From the IMG/VR virus record IMGVR_UViG_3300026484_000087, positions 1-64,000 of that record: a DNA stretch of 64,000 nucleotides; one strand, written 5' to 3'. Made by a program: the position numbers and the translations under genes. The notes below the pieces were generated by a model. The model saw only the letters and a program-made list of their open reading frames with translations, was not told the origin of the DNA and ran no database searches. Below are positions 19,532 to 28,898 of the stretch, one piece after another (position 1 is the first letter of the stretch; the number at the start of each line of letters is the position of its first letter).

Positions 19532-20098
19532 TTACATATCTTCTTTTTCTTTTAAAGATTCGAGAACTATATCGTAGTTAGTTTCTAGTTGTTTTAAGAA
19601 TCTAGCAGCATACATCTTAGAACCAACGCCATTAAGAGTTATATCTGTACCATTTCTGGTAACTATATGCCATTTATTATCTGTAACTAAATTAAATCTG
19701 ATCTTAGGTTTATTCTCTGCAACAACAGCTAGATATATAATGCCTTTATCATCTTTACCAACCACAACAGTTGAAACCAATTCTATCTCATCTGTTCTCT
19801 TATTAGCTTCTCTATCCCATTTAGCATTGAAACATTTTATTTCATATGTTGTACCATTATCATCATCAAGAACATTTTTTAAACATCCTAAGAAAACATT
19901 GAAACTTTTAAAATCAAATGGTGCATGAATCATATTATCAAAACCAGTAACAGTTCTATCTGGACCATTAATCCAAACAACTATTCTTGGATATCCATTA
20001 TTCACAGTGAATTTCATACTACTAGTTCTACCTGCTGAATTATCTTTATTTAAAGTTATAGGCTTAAAACTTATTCTTACCTTATTGTTATTTTCCAT
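19532..20098 (-). CDS. Conserved core protein (phiKZ gp67-like)
   Basis: NGYPRIVV and VGKDDKGIIYL...PKIRF motifs; immediately upstream of the gp68-like gene. Confidence 0.6.
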   Translation of the reverse strand: MENNNKVRISFKPITLNKDNSAGRTSSMKFTVNNGYPRIVVWINGPDRTVTGFDNMIHAPFDFKSFNVFLGCLKNVLDDDNGTTYEIKCFNAKWDREANKRTDEIELVSTVVVGKDDKGIIYLAVVAENKPKIRFNLVTDNKWHIVTRNGTDITLNGVGSKMYAARFLKQLETNYDIVLESLKEKEDM

Positions 20099-20248
20099 AT
20101 TGAGTCCTTTTTATATTTTTTCATTTAACTATTATGGGTAAAAAAATTATTTAAACGTTGGGAAAAACAAAATTAATTATATAGCTAATTATTATTATTT
20201 TTAATTCTATTTAGTTTATTGAAAAAAAATATTATTAAAGGATATAAA

Positions 20249-21019
20249 ATGTTAGAAACATTAAGTTTTAAAAGTAGAATAAAATTACTTTTTAATGGTG
20301 GAAATCTATTTGAAATAGATGAATGTGTAAAAGAGTTAGACATTAGAAGACAGGACACTGAAAATCTAATATTAGTTATCGCTGACCATAAAGATAGCAT
20401 TATTAAAAAAAATGCAAAGATAGCATTGTTAACGGAGGATTTAGCTGAACTTGAATTGGAGAAAATAAGATTATCTAAATCAAATGAGGCTTGCAGATCT
20501 GAATTAGTAAATATCAAAAATGATATGACTAAAGTAGGATTATATGTTCAAGACTTAGAAGCAGATGTTAGCAAGTATAAGAAACATATTCAAAAGTTAC
20601 AGTACGATATGTTATCTAAAGCAAGTGAAATCACTAAACTTAGAGAAAAAGTTGATGGCGTTATAACATTAGGTAAAATGGACAATTATGATACTGAAAT
20701 GTCTAAGTTAAATAAAATCATCGGTGGTAAACGTTTTGCTTCTGTTAAGAAGATATTTGCCTTATTAGTAGAGACTAAAGATAAGAAGATTAAAGATCTT
20801 GAAGATAAGTTAAATAGTATAGATGTTGTTGTTAAAAAAGAACGTAACGTTAATACTAAAACTCTAGACTGTAATAAGATTAAGGACCTTAAACATATGC
20901 TGGATACGGGTAGTAGTCGAAAAGATGTTATGGATAAATATAATATATCTAATAGCACCATAACTAGAATACTTAACTGTAAGACTTATAAAGAATGCTG
21001 TGAAGATAAAAAAGAATGA
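20249..21019 (+). CDS. Coiled-coil protein with C-terminal helix-turn-helix
   Basis: Long heptad region, then SRKDVMDKYNISNSTITRILNCKTY; start moved to ATG 20249 behind AAGGA. Confidence 0.7.
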   Translation: MLETLSFKSRIKLLFNGGNLFEIDECVKELDIRRQDTENLILVIADHKDSIIKKNAKIALLTEDLAELELEKIRLSKSNEACRSELVNIKNDMTKVGLYVQDLEADVSKYKKHIQKLQYDMLSKASEITKLREKVDGVITLGKMDNYDTEMSKLNKIIGGKRFASVKKIFALLVETKDKKIKDLEDKLNSIDVVVKKERNVNTKTLDCNKIKDLKHMLDTGSSRKDVMDKYNISNSTITRILNCKTYKECCEDKKE

Positions 21020-21051
21020 TATACATGGTAGGATAGTCCTACCATGTATAT
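21019..21051. terminator. Putative bidirectional terminator
   Basis: 15-bp perfect stem with 3-nt loop between convergent genes. Confidence 0.7.
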
Positions 21052-21052
21052 A

Positions 21053-21775
21053 CTACTTACACTCTTTGTACGTTTCACCTCTTACAGCTCTGCTAATGAT
21101 ACTAACGCTAACTCCATATTTCTTAGCTAGTTCAGTAAACTTAGAACCTTTCTCTCTTAGGACTCTTGCTTCTTTAATATCTTTACATGTAAGAGTTCTT
21201 GTGTTAGAACCAATACTTGTTTCTTTAGATACACGTTTCTCTTCGAGTTTAGCTTTTAAAGACTCTATCTCTTTTTTAAGTTTTTCCACTTCCTTAGATT
21301 GTTTTTTATCAGCTTTTAATAGATCATCTGCTATACTTTTAGAATTAGCTCTTTGACTATTTAAATTTGTTTTCTTTATATTTTCTATTTGCTTCTTGTG
21401 TTCAACATTTAAAGATCTTATAGTTGCTTTGCTATCTTTAATAACATCTTCTAAAACTACTTTCTCATTAGCTAAAGTTTCAAATCTAAGACTAGCTTTA
21501 TTTTCTCTATCTTTAAGTTCTTTTATCTCTTTTGTAAGATCTTTGATGGTTTCAGAATAATCATTTTCCAACTTTGTTATTTTATTTTTATACTTATTAC
21601 ATTCTATCTCTTTTTTACTTAAACTATCATACATAGATTTATTTTTATCTAACAATGCTTGATACTTATCTGAACATTCGTATATAATACCCTCTACATC
21701 AAATGCTGAATAAACCTTACCGAATACTCTACTTATAAAACCAACTGACTTTAGACCTTTAACACTGCAACTCAT
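21053..21775 (-). CDS. Coiled-coil protein with C-terminal HTH, paralogue of 20249-21019
   Basis: NTRTLTCKDIKE...FTELAKKYGVSVSIISRAVRGETYKEC. Confidence 0.7.
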   Translation of the reverse strand: MSCSVKGLKSVGFISRVFGKVYSAFDVEGIIYECSDKYQALLDKNKSMYDSLSKKEIECNKYKNKITKLENDYSETIKDLTKEIKELKDRENKASLRFETLANEKVVLEDVIKDSKATIRSLNVEHKKQIENIKKTNLNSQRANSKSIADDLLKADKKQSKEVEKLKKEIESLKAKLEEKRVSKETSIGSNTRTLTCKDIKEARVLREKGSKFTELAKKYGVSVSIISRAVRGETYKECK

Positions 21776-21824
21776 TCTTACTTCCTTATTTTTTATTTAA
21801 ATCAAATAAATAAAAAAATTACAA

Positions 21825-21850
21825 TAGTAAGTAGGAAATCCTACTTACTA
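21825..21850 (-). terminator. Intrinsic terminator after thyX
   Basis: 12-bp stem; T-tract a few nt downstream on the - strand. Confidence 0.6.
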
Positions 21851-22717
21851 CTTAGCTTTAATTATAAGATCTAAATATTTACTTGGGGTAACTTCTTTCA
21901 TCACTTTTGCTAAATTTCTTATCTGGAAATAAGCACTACCTGCATCCCTTAAATAGAAGTAGTTCTTTAAACTTCTTAGATTAAATGTAACAACCATATC
22001 TACTTTTACATTATCTGTCACCAAGTGCTTAAAAGAATCTCCAACATTTCTCTTCTTAGGTCCTTTTTCTAAAGCTTCAAATAGATCATGACTATCTATA
22101 TATCTTCCATTAAACAGCTCTAAAGAACTCTTAGCTACGCTTATCTTAAGGAACTCTTCTTTACCTATTCTATCTCTTTGTAAGATTAATTTCTTAAACA
22201 TAGCTTCTATTTCTATATTTAAATAATCATTATCATCAATAACAAACATATCAAATTGCTTCATTTTCAATAAGAAGAATTGTATTGGACTCTGACTATT
22301 TAAAGACGCTATAAATGCATGAATTATACTAGCCATAGTATAACGAGTACTTCTAACACTTATGGCTTGAATCCTATGCCTAGCATGCTCTTGAAGTACG
22401 CCTCTGGAGATTCCTTTTATAAGATAACTTAGATTTATATGTTCAAGTATACTGTGGTGAAAATATGTAAATGATAAATCTTTTAATAACTCACATTCGT
22501 CAATACTATTAAGATTATCTCTAAACATATCATCATATGTATCTTGTGTTAAACCACTATCTTGACAATTAGCCATATCTGCAACAACTTCATTTGTACT
22601 CTTACTAAAACTATCATAACATGTTCTAGCAGCGTACTCAGAAACACCTATACCTGTTTCTTGCAATAATATAACCTCTGGTGTTGTATATTTAAGACCT
22701 GCAACTTCATTAACCAT
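21848..22717 (-). CDS. thyX: FAD-dependent thymidylate synthase
   Basis: HHSILEH, ISRGVLQEHARHRIQAISVRSTRY (ThyX motif), NLRSLKNY. Confidence 0.92.
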   Translation of the reverse strand: MVNEVAGLKYTTPEVILLQETGIGVSEYAARTCYDSFSKSTNEVVADMANCQDSGLTQDTYDDMFRDNLNSIDECELLKDLSFTYFHHSILEHINLSYLIKGISRGVLQEHARHRIQAISVRSTRYTMASIIHAFIASLNSQSPIQFFLLKMKQFDMFVIDDNDYLNIEIEAMFKKLILQRDRIGKEEFLKISVAKSSLELFNGRYIDSHDLFEALEKGPKKRNVGDSFKHLVTDNVKVDMVVTFNLRSLKNYFYLRDAGSAYFQIRNLAKVMKEVTPSKYLDLIIKAK

Positions 22718-22727
22718 TTTTTTCTCC

Positions 22728-22967
22728 TTATAATTTAACTTTTATATTATAATAAAAATTAAGGTAATCTTCTATCTCTTTTAATGTATCCATTTTGGCT
22801 ATCTCTGTTAATAGTAACTCTTCACTATCAAACATCCTCTTGCGTGTTAATAATACATAACCCCTATGACATAGTCTTTTTCTAACATAAACCTTTTCAC
22901 CACCTATCACAGCATTTAGTTCAACTGACGGCAAATATTTAATTGCTTTAATTATACTCATTAACAT
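22728..22967 (-). CDS. Hypothetical protein
   Basis: AGGAG RBS before ATG 22967. Confidence 0.5.
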   Translation of the reverse strand: MLMSIIKAIKYLPSVELNAVIGGEKVYVRKRLCHRGYVLLTRKRMFDSEELLLTEIAKMDTLKEIEDYLNFYYNIKVKL

Positions 22968-23349
22968 TAAATAACTCCTGTAACTCTTTAAGAGTACAAG
23001 GCCTAACATCGCCTACAGTTTGACTACCACCATCGTGATGTACAATACCGCCATCTATAGATCTAATGATAATAACCTTCTTACATATTTTATCATAAGC
23101 TACTATATTAGATTTCTTAACAATGCCATGTTTTACATAATCGTTAACATTAACTATATTGGGACTTAAACTATTCACCACATAATCAAAAAATATCTTA
23201 GCTGATTCCTCAACATTGCCTTCAAATGTTCTCTTTTCAATATCCAAACAACCCATTAGATTATCTTCAGAATGAAAACATATTTTATGCTCATTATGAT
23301 CTTTAAAACTAGTGGGTTCTCCATTAACCATTAAATCTTTATTCTTCAT
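22948..23349 (-). CDS. Hypothetical protein
   Basis: Overlapping operon ORF. Confidence 0.6.
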   Translation of the reverse strand: MKNKDLMVNGEPTSFKDHNEHKICFHSEDNLMGCLDIEKRTFEGNVEESAKIFFDYVVNSLSPNIVNVNDYVKHGIVKKSNIVAYDKICKKVIIIRSIDGGIVHHDGGSQTVGDVRPCTLKELQELFNVNEYN

Positions 23350-23977
23350 TACATACTCCTACTACTTCTATATTTAATTTTTTAAGCATATTTATACCTG
23401 AAGTATCTTTATACTTTTCAAAATAGACAACCCTAGATATTCCAGACTGGGCTATAAGTTTAGAACATTGCTTACATGGACTAGTGGTAACATAAAGTGT
23501 AGCCCCAGCTGTACTAATACCCTCTTTAGCACAGAATGCGATGACATTCTGTTCAGCATGAACTGTGAAATCATTAGTTACCAAACTAAGACCCTCTATA
23601 CCATTACCTTTATCAGTAACTATAACATACTCACCACACCTACAAGATGCCCTATATTCTTTTACAAGATCTACTTCACCACCCTCTTTAAACATATTAA
23701 CATAAGAACTTGTTTCAAATTGTTCTATGTTCAATTCTGTACCACATTTATTACAAACTACAACATTATCTTCACAGTTATTCTCTACACCATTTATTGT
23801 ACCATTGTAACCAGTAGCTAATATTCTATTATCTATAGATAACACTGCACCAACTTTACGTCTTTTACAATACGACATCTCGGACCATATGTGAGCAGTA
23901 TCCATCATAACTTTATCATATTTATTTGGATAAGTAGTAATGAATTTATATTTTCTTTTATATTTCTCATCAAACAT
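23339..23977 (-). CDS. dCMP deaminase with an inserted Cys-rich segment
   Basis: SYCKRRKVGA, TGYNG, HAEQN, PCKQC; insertion containing CNKC...CRC. Confidence 0.92.
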   Translation of the reverse strand: MFDEKYKRKYKFITTYPNKYDKVMMDTAHIWSEMSYCKRRKVGAVLSIDNRILATGYNGTINGVENNCEDNVVVCNKCGTELNIEQFETSSYVNMFKEGGEVDLVKEYRASCRCGEYVIVTDKGNGIEGLSLVTNDFTVHAEQNVIAFCAKEGISTAGATLYVTTSPCKQCSKLIAQSGISRVVYFEKYKDTSGINMLKKLNIEVVGVCNEE

Positions 23978-24273
23978 TAAACATCTCCTTTAATAATTAA
24001 TAAATCTTCATGTATACTATCAAGTACTATTTTTAAATATGATCTAGCAAATATGAATTTAGTAATAACCGCTATCCTATATTCTTTTGGATCCAGATCT
24101 GATAGTGGGTCATTTAATAAATAGTGTGTATCGCTATAATACCTAAAATAAGCATTATATTTAGATACTTTATCTCTAATCATATTTTCTATATATAGAT
24201 CAATATCTAAACCATATAATATGTCTTCAACATTTATAGCATCAAACTTAAGTTCTTCATCATAACACCTCAT
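23977..24273 (-). CDS. Hypothetical protein
   Basis: Translationally coupled ORF. Confidence 0.6.
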   Translation of the reverse strand: MRCYDEELKFDAINVEDILYGLDIDLYIENMIRDKVSKYNAYFRYYSDTHYLLNDPLSDLDPKEYRIAVITKFIFARSYLKIVLDSIHEDLLIIKGDV

Positions 24274-24650
24274 GAATAATTCCTTATCCTTGTACCATAA
24301 AGATGATTTATTTTACTAATAATCGAATCTGGATAAAAATCAACTATGTTCGCATCTCGTAACGGTTTATAATAATGATCGCCCTTAACTAAATAGTTAT
24401 CAACCAATCTTAAAGACCTAATACGTAACTCTAATGCTCTTATATTAGCTATTTTATTATATTTCTGTTTCCAAAACTCTTTACAATATCCTGTACATTT
24501 TGGATTATATTGTTTCTTCCAACTGTCATTACAACTAGTTTCAATATATTTCTCTATAGAACTTAATTCCCTCTGGAATACTTTTAACAATTGTTTATAC
24601 GTTTTCAACTTAGCTCGTACAAGCTGCTTATAACATTTATCACTTACCAT
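24270..24650 (-). CDS. Hypothetical basic protein
   Basis: Translationally coupled ORF. Confidence 0.6.
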   Translation of the reverse strand: MVSDKCYKQLVRAKLKTYKQLLKVFQRELSSIEKYIETSCNDSWKKQYNPKCTGYCKEFWKQKYNKIANIRALELRIRSLRLVDNYLVKGDHYYKPLRDANIVDFYPDSIISKINHLYGTRIRNYS

Positions 24651-24659
24651 AACTTCCCC

Positions 24660-25538
24660 TTAAAATAATGTTTTAATTTTGCCAATATCTAAAATATCCT
24701 TCATCGATGCTTTAATATTGGTTTTTATTTTTGCTTCAGATGTAAAACTTGTCCATTTCCTCTCTATAGCCAACTTATATAATTCTGCCCTAACTTTAAA
24801 CTTAAGTGGTTTTATTAATGTATTATCACCAAGTATATAAAGTAAAATCTCGTTAAATGGAAATACTGTTTTATCAAGTTTTCCAAGATTATGATATTTT
24901 GTATTAAACATACTCTTATCCTTAAGTCTACCAGTATGACTCTCTAAAAGAAATAATCTTTTATTATTAAGAACATTTAACAGATCAAATGTATAATGCG
25001 TAGTTATTAAAGAATTACCTGAAACAACTGGTAACTTATAATCTGTTTTAACTATATCAATATTATTATAATGCGATAAGTTAAATATCTTAACACACAT
25101 TAGATTAAAATTATGTTGATGTAATTTGGCATCATTCATCTCTGCAGGGTTTATAACATTACTTACTTTGGAATAAACTGACTTATATGTTGGTATAAAT
25201 AATACTGGTTTACAGGTGGTTCCTGCATACAGTTCTTTAATAATTTCTAATTCTGTTATAAGAACCTCGACTACAGCCGATGGGCCATTGTTATCTTTTA
25301 ATAAATATTTCTTTATCTCAGAATTACTAACAGAATGAAGTATATTTCTTATAAGAGTAAAAATATTGTAATAATGAACTTTAAAATCATTTACTACTAC
25401 TTTCTCTATTATCCTAGAATCATCTATCCTATTGCTATTCGGTTCAAACAGCGATTCCAACATTAGACCAGTACCTACTGATATAAAGAAAGATGTCGTA
25501 TCTCTATTATCAAGTATAGTATTTAATCTACTATTCAT
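24660..25538 (-). CDS. Conserved core protein (phiKZ gp66-like, probable nuclease-like fold)
   Basis: ISVGTGLMLE, NIFTLIRN, ITTHY...DLL...LLESHTG motifs; follows sbcD; start at ATG 25538 behind AAGGAG. Confidence 0.6.
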   Translation of the reverse strand: MNSRLNTILDNRDTTSFFISVGTGLMLESLFEPNSNRIDDSRIIEKVVVNDFKVHYYNIFTLIRNILHSVSNSEIKKYLLKDNNGPSAVVEVLITELEIIKELYAGTTCKPVLFIPTYKSVYSKVSNVINPAEMNDAKLHQHNFNLMCVKIFNLSHYNNIDIVKTDYKLPVVSGNSLITTHYTFDLLNVLNNKRLFLLESHTGRLKDKSMFNTKYHNLGKLDKTVFPFNEILLYILGDNTLIKPLKFKVRAELYKLAIERKWTSFTSEAKIKTNIKASMKDILDIGKIKTLF

Positions 25539-25563
25539 AGCTTCTCCTTTTTTCATTGTTTAG

Positions 25564-25595
25564 AATACTACCAAGTATCTAATTAAATAATATAT
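25564..25595 (-). promoter_or_regulatory. Conserved early-promoter/5'-hairpin element, copy 5 (diverged)
   Basis: ATATATTATTTAATTAGATACTTGGTAGTATT. Confidence 0.6.
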
Positions 25596-25597
25596 AC

Positions 25598-26722
25598 TTA
25601 AATTATACTTGACAACTCTTCGTTAGCCAACGCATTTAATTCCTCATTGTCATTTATAGTATCAAGTTCTTTATTAATAAGTTCTTTAATATTACTACTT
25701 GTTATGCTTATGTTAACTATAGGATCATACTTAAGAACATTATCAGTTACTTTCTTTTCATTGGTATCTTTCATATGTTTGTTACTAAAGTTATAATCTT
25801 TAAATCTTTTATATACTTCCAGCAATGATTTATAAATAGGATTAAACTTATCAATAACTAAACGTATATGCGAATTTATCGGATACTTCTTTAATTCTAT
25901 TGTTAAGATATTTATAAGCTCATTAACATCTTCTGTATTAACTGATATGGATTTAAATATACATGCGTTATCATTAACTAAGAACTTATAAGTATTATCA
26001 CCGTTTGGATCAAGTGCTATAAGCATGGCACCTTTATCCTCTTCTTCATTATGGGCTAACCTGTCAAATGATCCCTGTGCAAGTATTCTCTTATAGATAG
26101 ACATACTATGTATGTGTCCTATTGATATATAATATCTAACAAGTTTAAGATATTCAAATTCATCATGCATACTAGGAAGTTCAATAACTGGTATTTGATA
26201 TTTAAAAGCTCCATGCATTACGGCTATGTCTACTTTATCTATACCCTTATCATCCATTAAAGTTTTAACATCCTTAAGTACTTTTTCAGACTCATGGTGT
26301 ATTTCATCTGGTACATACAATATATCTAAATTAAAACCAGACAATGTTTCTATGTATATATTATCTATATATTTAAAATCAACATTTATTTTTAATTTTT
26401 TAATAATTACATTAAGAACATTTGCCTGTCTAGAATCATGACTTGGTGTACCCTCTAATAGTCTTAAGATTATGTTATTCTTTTTACAATAATAGACTAA
26501 ATTAGTTAACCACTCTGTAGCAAGTATATTATCCGTAGATGATGATGATAATAATCTATCAAAGATATCTCCTGCTATTACGATCATATCTAAACCAGAT
26601 AAAACAGTATTATATTTTAAGAAAAAACTATTTAAATTATTTATTATATTTTCTGTCTTATTTTTATTACTACCAAAATGGATATCGCTTAGAACTAAAT
26701 ATTTTATCTTTTTTGTTAACAT
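25598..26722 (-). CDS. sbcD: SbcD/Mre11-family metallophosphoesterase nuclease
   Basis: SDIH, GDIFD, GTPSHD, MHG, GHIH, GSFDRL. Confidence 0.88.
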   Translation of the reverse strand: MLTKKIKYLVLSDIHFGSNKNKTENIINNLNSFFLKYNTVLSGLDMIVIAGDIFDRLLSSSSTDNILATEWLTNLVYYCKKNNIILRLLEGTPSHDSRQANVLNVIIKKLKINVDFKYIDNIYIETLSGFNLDILYVPDEIHHESEKVLKDVKTLMDDKGIDKVDIAVMHGAFKYQIPVIELPSMHDEFEYLKLVRYYISIGHIHSMSIYKRILAQGSFDRLAHNEEEDKGAMLIALDPNGDNTYKFLVNDNACIFKSISVNTEDVNELINILTIELKKYPINSHIRLVIDKFNPIYKSLLEVYKRFKDYNFSNKHMKDTNEKKVTDNVLKYDPIVNISITSSNIKELINKELDTINDNEELNALANEELSSII

Positions 26723-26794
26723 CGAAATCCTTTTTTTTATTTTATCAATGATTTGTTATGGGTAAAAAAAAGATATATAGAAGAGTAGCAACTG

Positions 26795-27409
26795 CTACTC
26801 TTCTATAACTTTTATAATATCTTCTTTAGTAATTTTATCAACTTCCTTTTTAAAGTCATTAACTATGTCTCCATATATAGACATATAGAATTCGTCATAC
26901 TTTCTATAACCATTACTACTGAACTTATCAATAAGATGTTCATATATCTCGTCAACTACCTTTATATCGCTTTTGCCGTCTCCAGAATGATATTTATAAC
27001 TTCTTAGAATTATATCTTTTAGATTAACTCTACCGATATCTGCTGTAGCTATTATTCTACTAAGGATATTACTTCTTTCTCCTTTATAAGAACTTCTATG
27101 TTGTAGGACTGCTTCAGCTATACTTAATCTTTGAGTTCCAGAAAACTCATTAAGTATCTCATCATCTTTTGCATCTAATACATATTTACTAGCAAGTATA
27201 TTATGCGTCTTTCTATTTACATTGCAGAATATATCATGTGTATATGCTGCAACTACAACCATTCTCTTATTTATATTTATTTTAAGAACATCCATTATAA
27301 ATAATGCCTCTTCACAAACACTATCTGCATGATCTATTCTATGTGCCTCGTCATTTAGATCATAATACTTTTTATAATATTCTCTTACTCTTTTTATAAA
27401 GTTTTGCAT
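26795..27409 (-). CDS. HD-domain phosphohydrolase
   Basis: AHRIDH, THD, H...QH...AD metal ligands. Confidence 0.85.
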   Translation of the reverse strand: MQNFIKRVREYYKKYYDLNDEAHRIDHADSVCEEALFIMDVLKININKRMVVVAAYTHDIFCNVNRKTHNILASKYVLDAKDDEILNEFSGTQRLSIAEAVLQHRSSYKGERSNILSRIIATADIGRVNLKDIILRSYKYHSGDGKSDIKVVDEIYEHLIDKFSSNGYRKYDEFYMSIYGDIVNDFKKEVDKITKEDIIKVIEE

Positions 27410-27533
27410 TAACTACTCCTTATGTATTCTGCTCAATAAAATGATATATGGTTATATATAATTCGATACTTAATTTAAATATACTTCTAAAGCAATAGCA
27501 TTTATTGAAAGAATATAACTTAAAGGTATAAAA

Positions 27534-27932
27534 ATGGGCGTTATAAAAGTACCATCTTTATCAACTGATAAATTCATACATGAACCATTACTTAAATTAG
27601 ATACCCTATATACATATTTTTTAGCTAGTGAATTTTCACAAACTAATATCTATAGAGGTAACATAAGTAGTTTAAAATATATATTCAGTAATAATTCTGA
27701 TAACAATAAAAGTTTAATTAGTGATGTAGATAGATCCCTAACCAATTTTTTAGAACGATATTTTAAAGAGGTTGATGTGTACGTTGATTATGATGAAGAT
27801 AATAATGAAATAAAAGTTAACATAAAAGTTAAAGAAGAAAATGGTGACGAAGCCACACTTGGTAACACGTTAAGTATTGCAGATGGTAAAATAGATACCT
27901 ATTCTGCTATAAGTGATATATTAAGAAAATAA
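27534..27932 (+). CDS. Conserved protein (phiKZ gp62-like; possible T4 gp25-like baseplate/sheath initiator)
   Basis: VPSLS...YF.ASEFSQT...L.RYF pattern; size; position. Confidence 0.45.
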   Translation: MGVIKVPSLSTDKFIHEPLLKLDTLYTYFLASEFSQTNIYRGNISSLKYIFSNNSDNNKSLISDVDRSLTNFLERYFKEVDVYVDYDEDNNEIKVNIKVKEENGDEATLGNTLSIADGKIDTYSAISDILRK

Positions 27933-27944
27933 AGGAAAGAGACA

Positions 27945-28508
27945 ATGGAATTAAAAGAGATCGCTACTGGTATGGAAACACAGGAGACTAAAGACTTAGA
28001 GCTACATATAAATGAATTAGCATCTGCTTTAGAAGATGAAAGTATGGTTAGAAAAGCCAAGTTACCTGAGAATGTATTTAAAGACTTCTTTGTACCAGCA
28101 CTTACTGGTGAGCTTAAAGAAAATGATGTTACTATAATGAAATATGTAGAATATGCTGGTAGTCCTTATGCTGAGGTAGATATCATTGATGATAAAGGTG
28201 AAGTCATGTTTACATGTCCTCCATTATATAATAGATCAGCTCCTAAAATAGATAAACCTGTTTTACCCTATACAGACATAGCTGGAACATATGAATTGAA
28301 GAAAGCAAGATTTAAAAACGAAGCCGATAACTATATGAGTGACGTTGTAGTTGGGGTTAGGGAAGATATTGTTGTTGAAGAAACATCTTCTGAAGAAAAA
28401 TGGAAAAAAATACTTGGTAAATATACTTCTAACAATGAAGTTAAAATGGATGATAACATAACTGTTGAACAAGATGATGATCTAGAAGATTTTATAGATT
28501 ACGATTAA
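27945..28508 (+). CDS. Conserved phiKZ-like core protein
   Basis: AGSPYAEVDIIDDKGEVMFTCPPL motif; acidic tail. Confidence 0.6.
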   Translation: MELKEIATGMETQETKDLELHINELASALEDESMVRKAKLPENVFKDFFVPALTGELKENDVTIMKYVEYAGSPYAEVDIIDDKGEVMFTCPPLYNRSAPKIDKPVLPYTDIAGTYELKKARFKNEADNYMSDVVVGVREDIVVEETSSEEKWKKILGKYTSNNEVKMDDNITVEQDDDLEDFIDYD

Positions 28509-28546
28509 ACATATACTACATAGGTAAATCCTATGTAGTATATGTT
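28508..28546. terminator. Putative bidirectional terminator
   Basis: 17-bp perfect stem, 5-nt loop. Confidence 0.7.
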
Positions 28547-28898
28547 AACTCATCGATCCATAAATTATTCCACCAAGCTTATCCTGATTATTTGCTATAG
28601 ATATTTTATAAGTTAATTCGCCTATAGTAAAATTAATACTAATAGCTGAATCAGTATCCTCAACAACATTTCTATAGTTAAACACAAATGCATCTGCAAC
28701 AATCCTAGATATAATCTCTTCAGATAAGGGTATATCCATTATAGGAGAAAATGTATTATCCTCACATACAGTAAAACCTTTTACTATATCAGTAATCATA
28801 TCCAAAAACTTATCTTCATTCATATGTGCATTATAAAGATAATCGTTTACCTTAGTAAACTCCATCTCCTTAATGATTAATTCTTTATATAAGTTCAT
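28545..28898 (-). CDS. Hypothetical protein
   Basis: Overlaps the end of the upstream gene. Confidence 0.6.
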   Translation of the reverse strand: MNLYKELIIKEMEFTKVNDYLYNAHMNEDKFLDMITDIVKGFTVCEDNTFSPIMDIPLSEEIISRIVADAFVFNYRNVVEDTDSAISINFTIGELTYKISIANNQDKLGGIIYGSMS

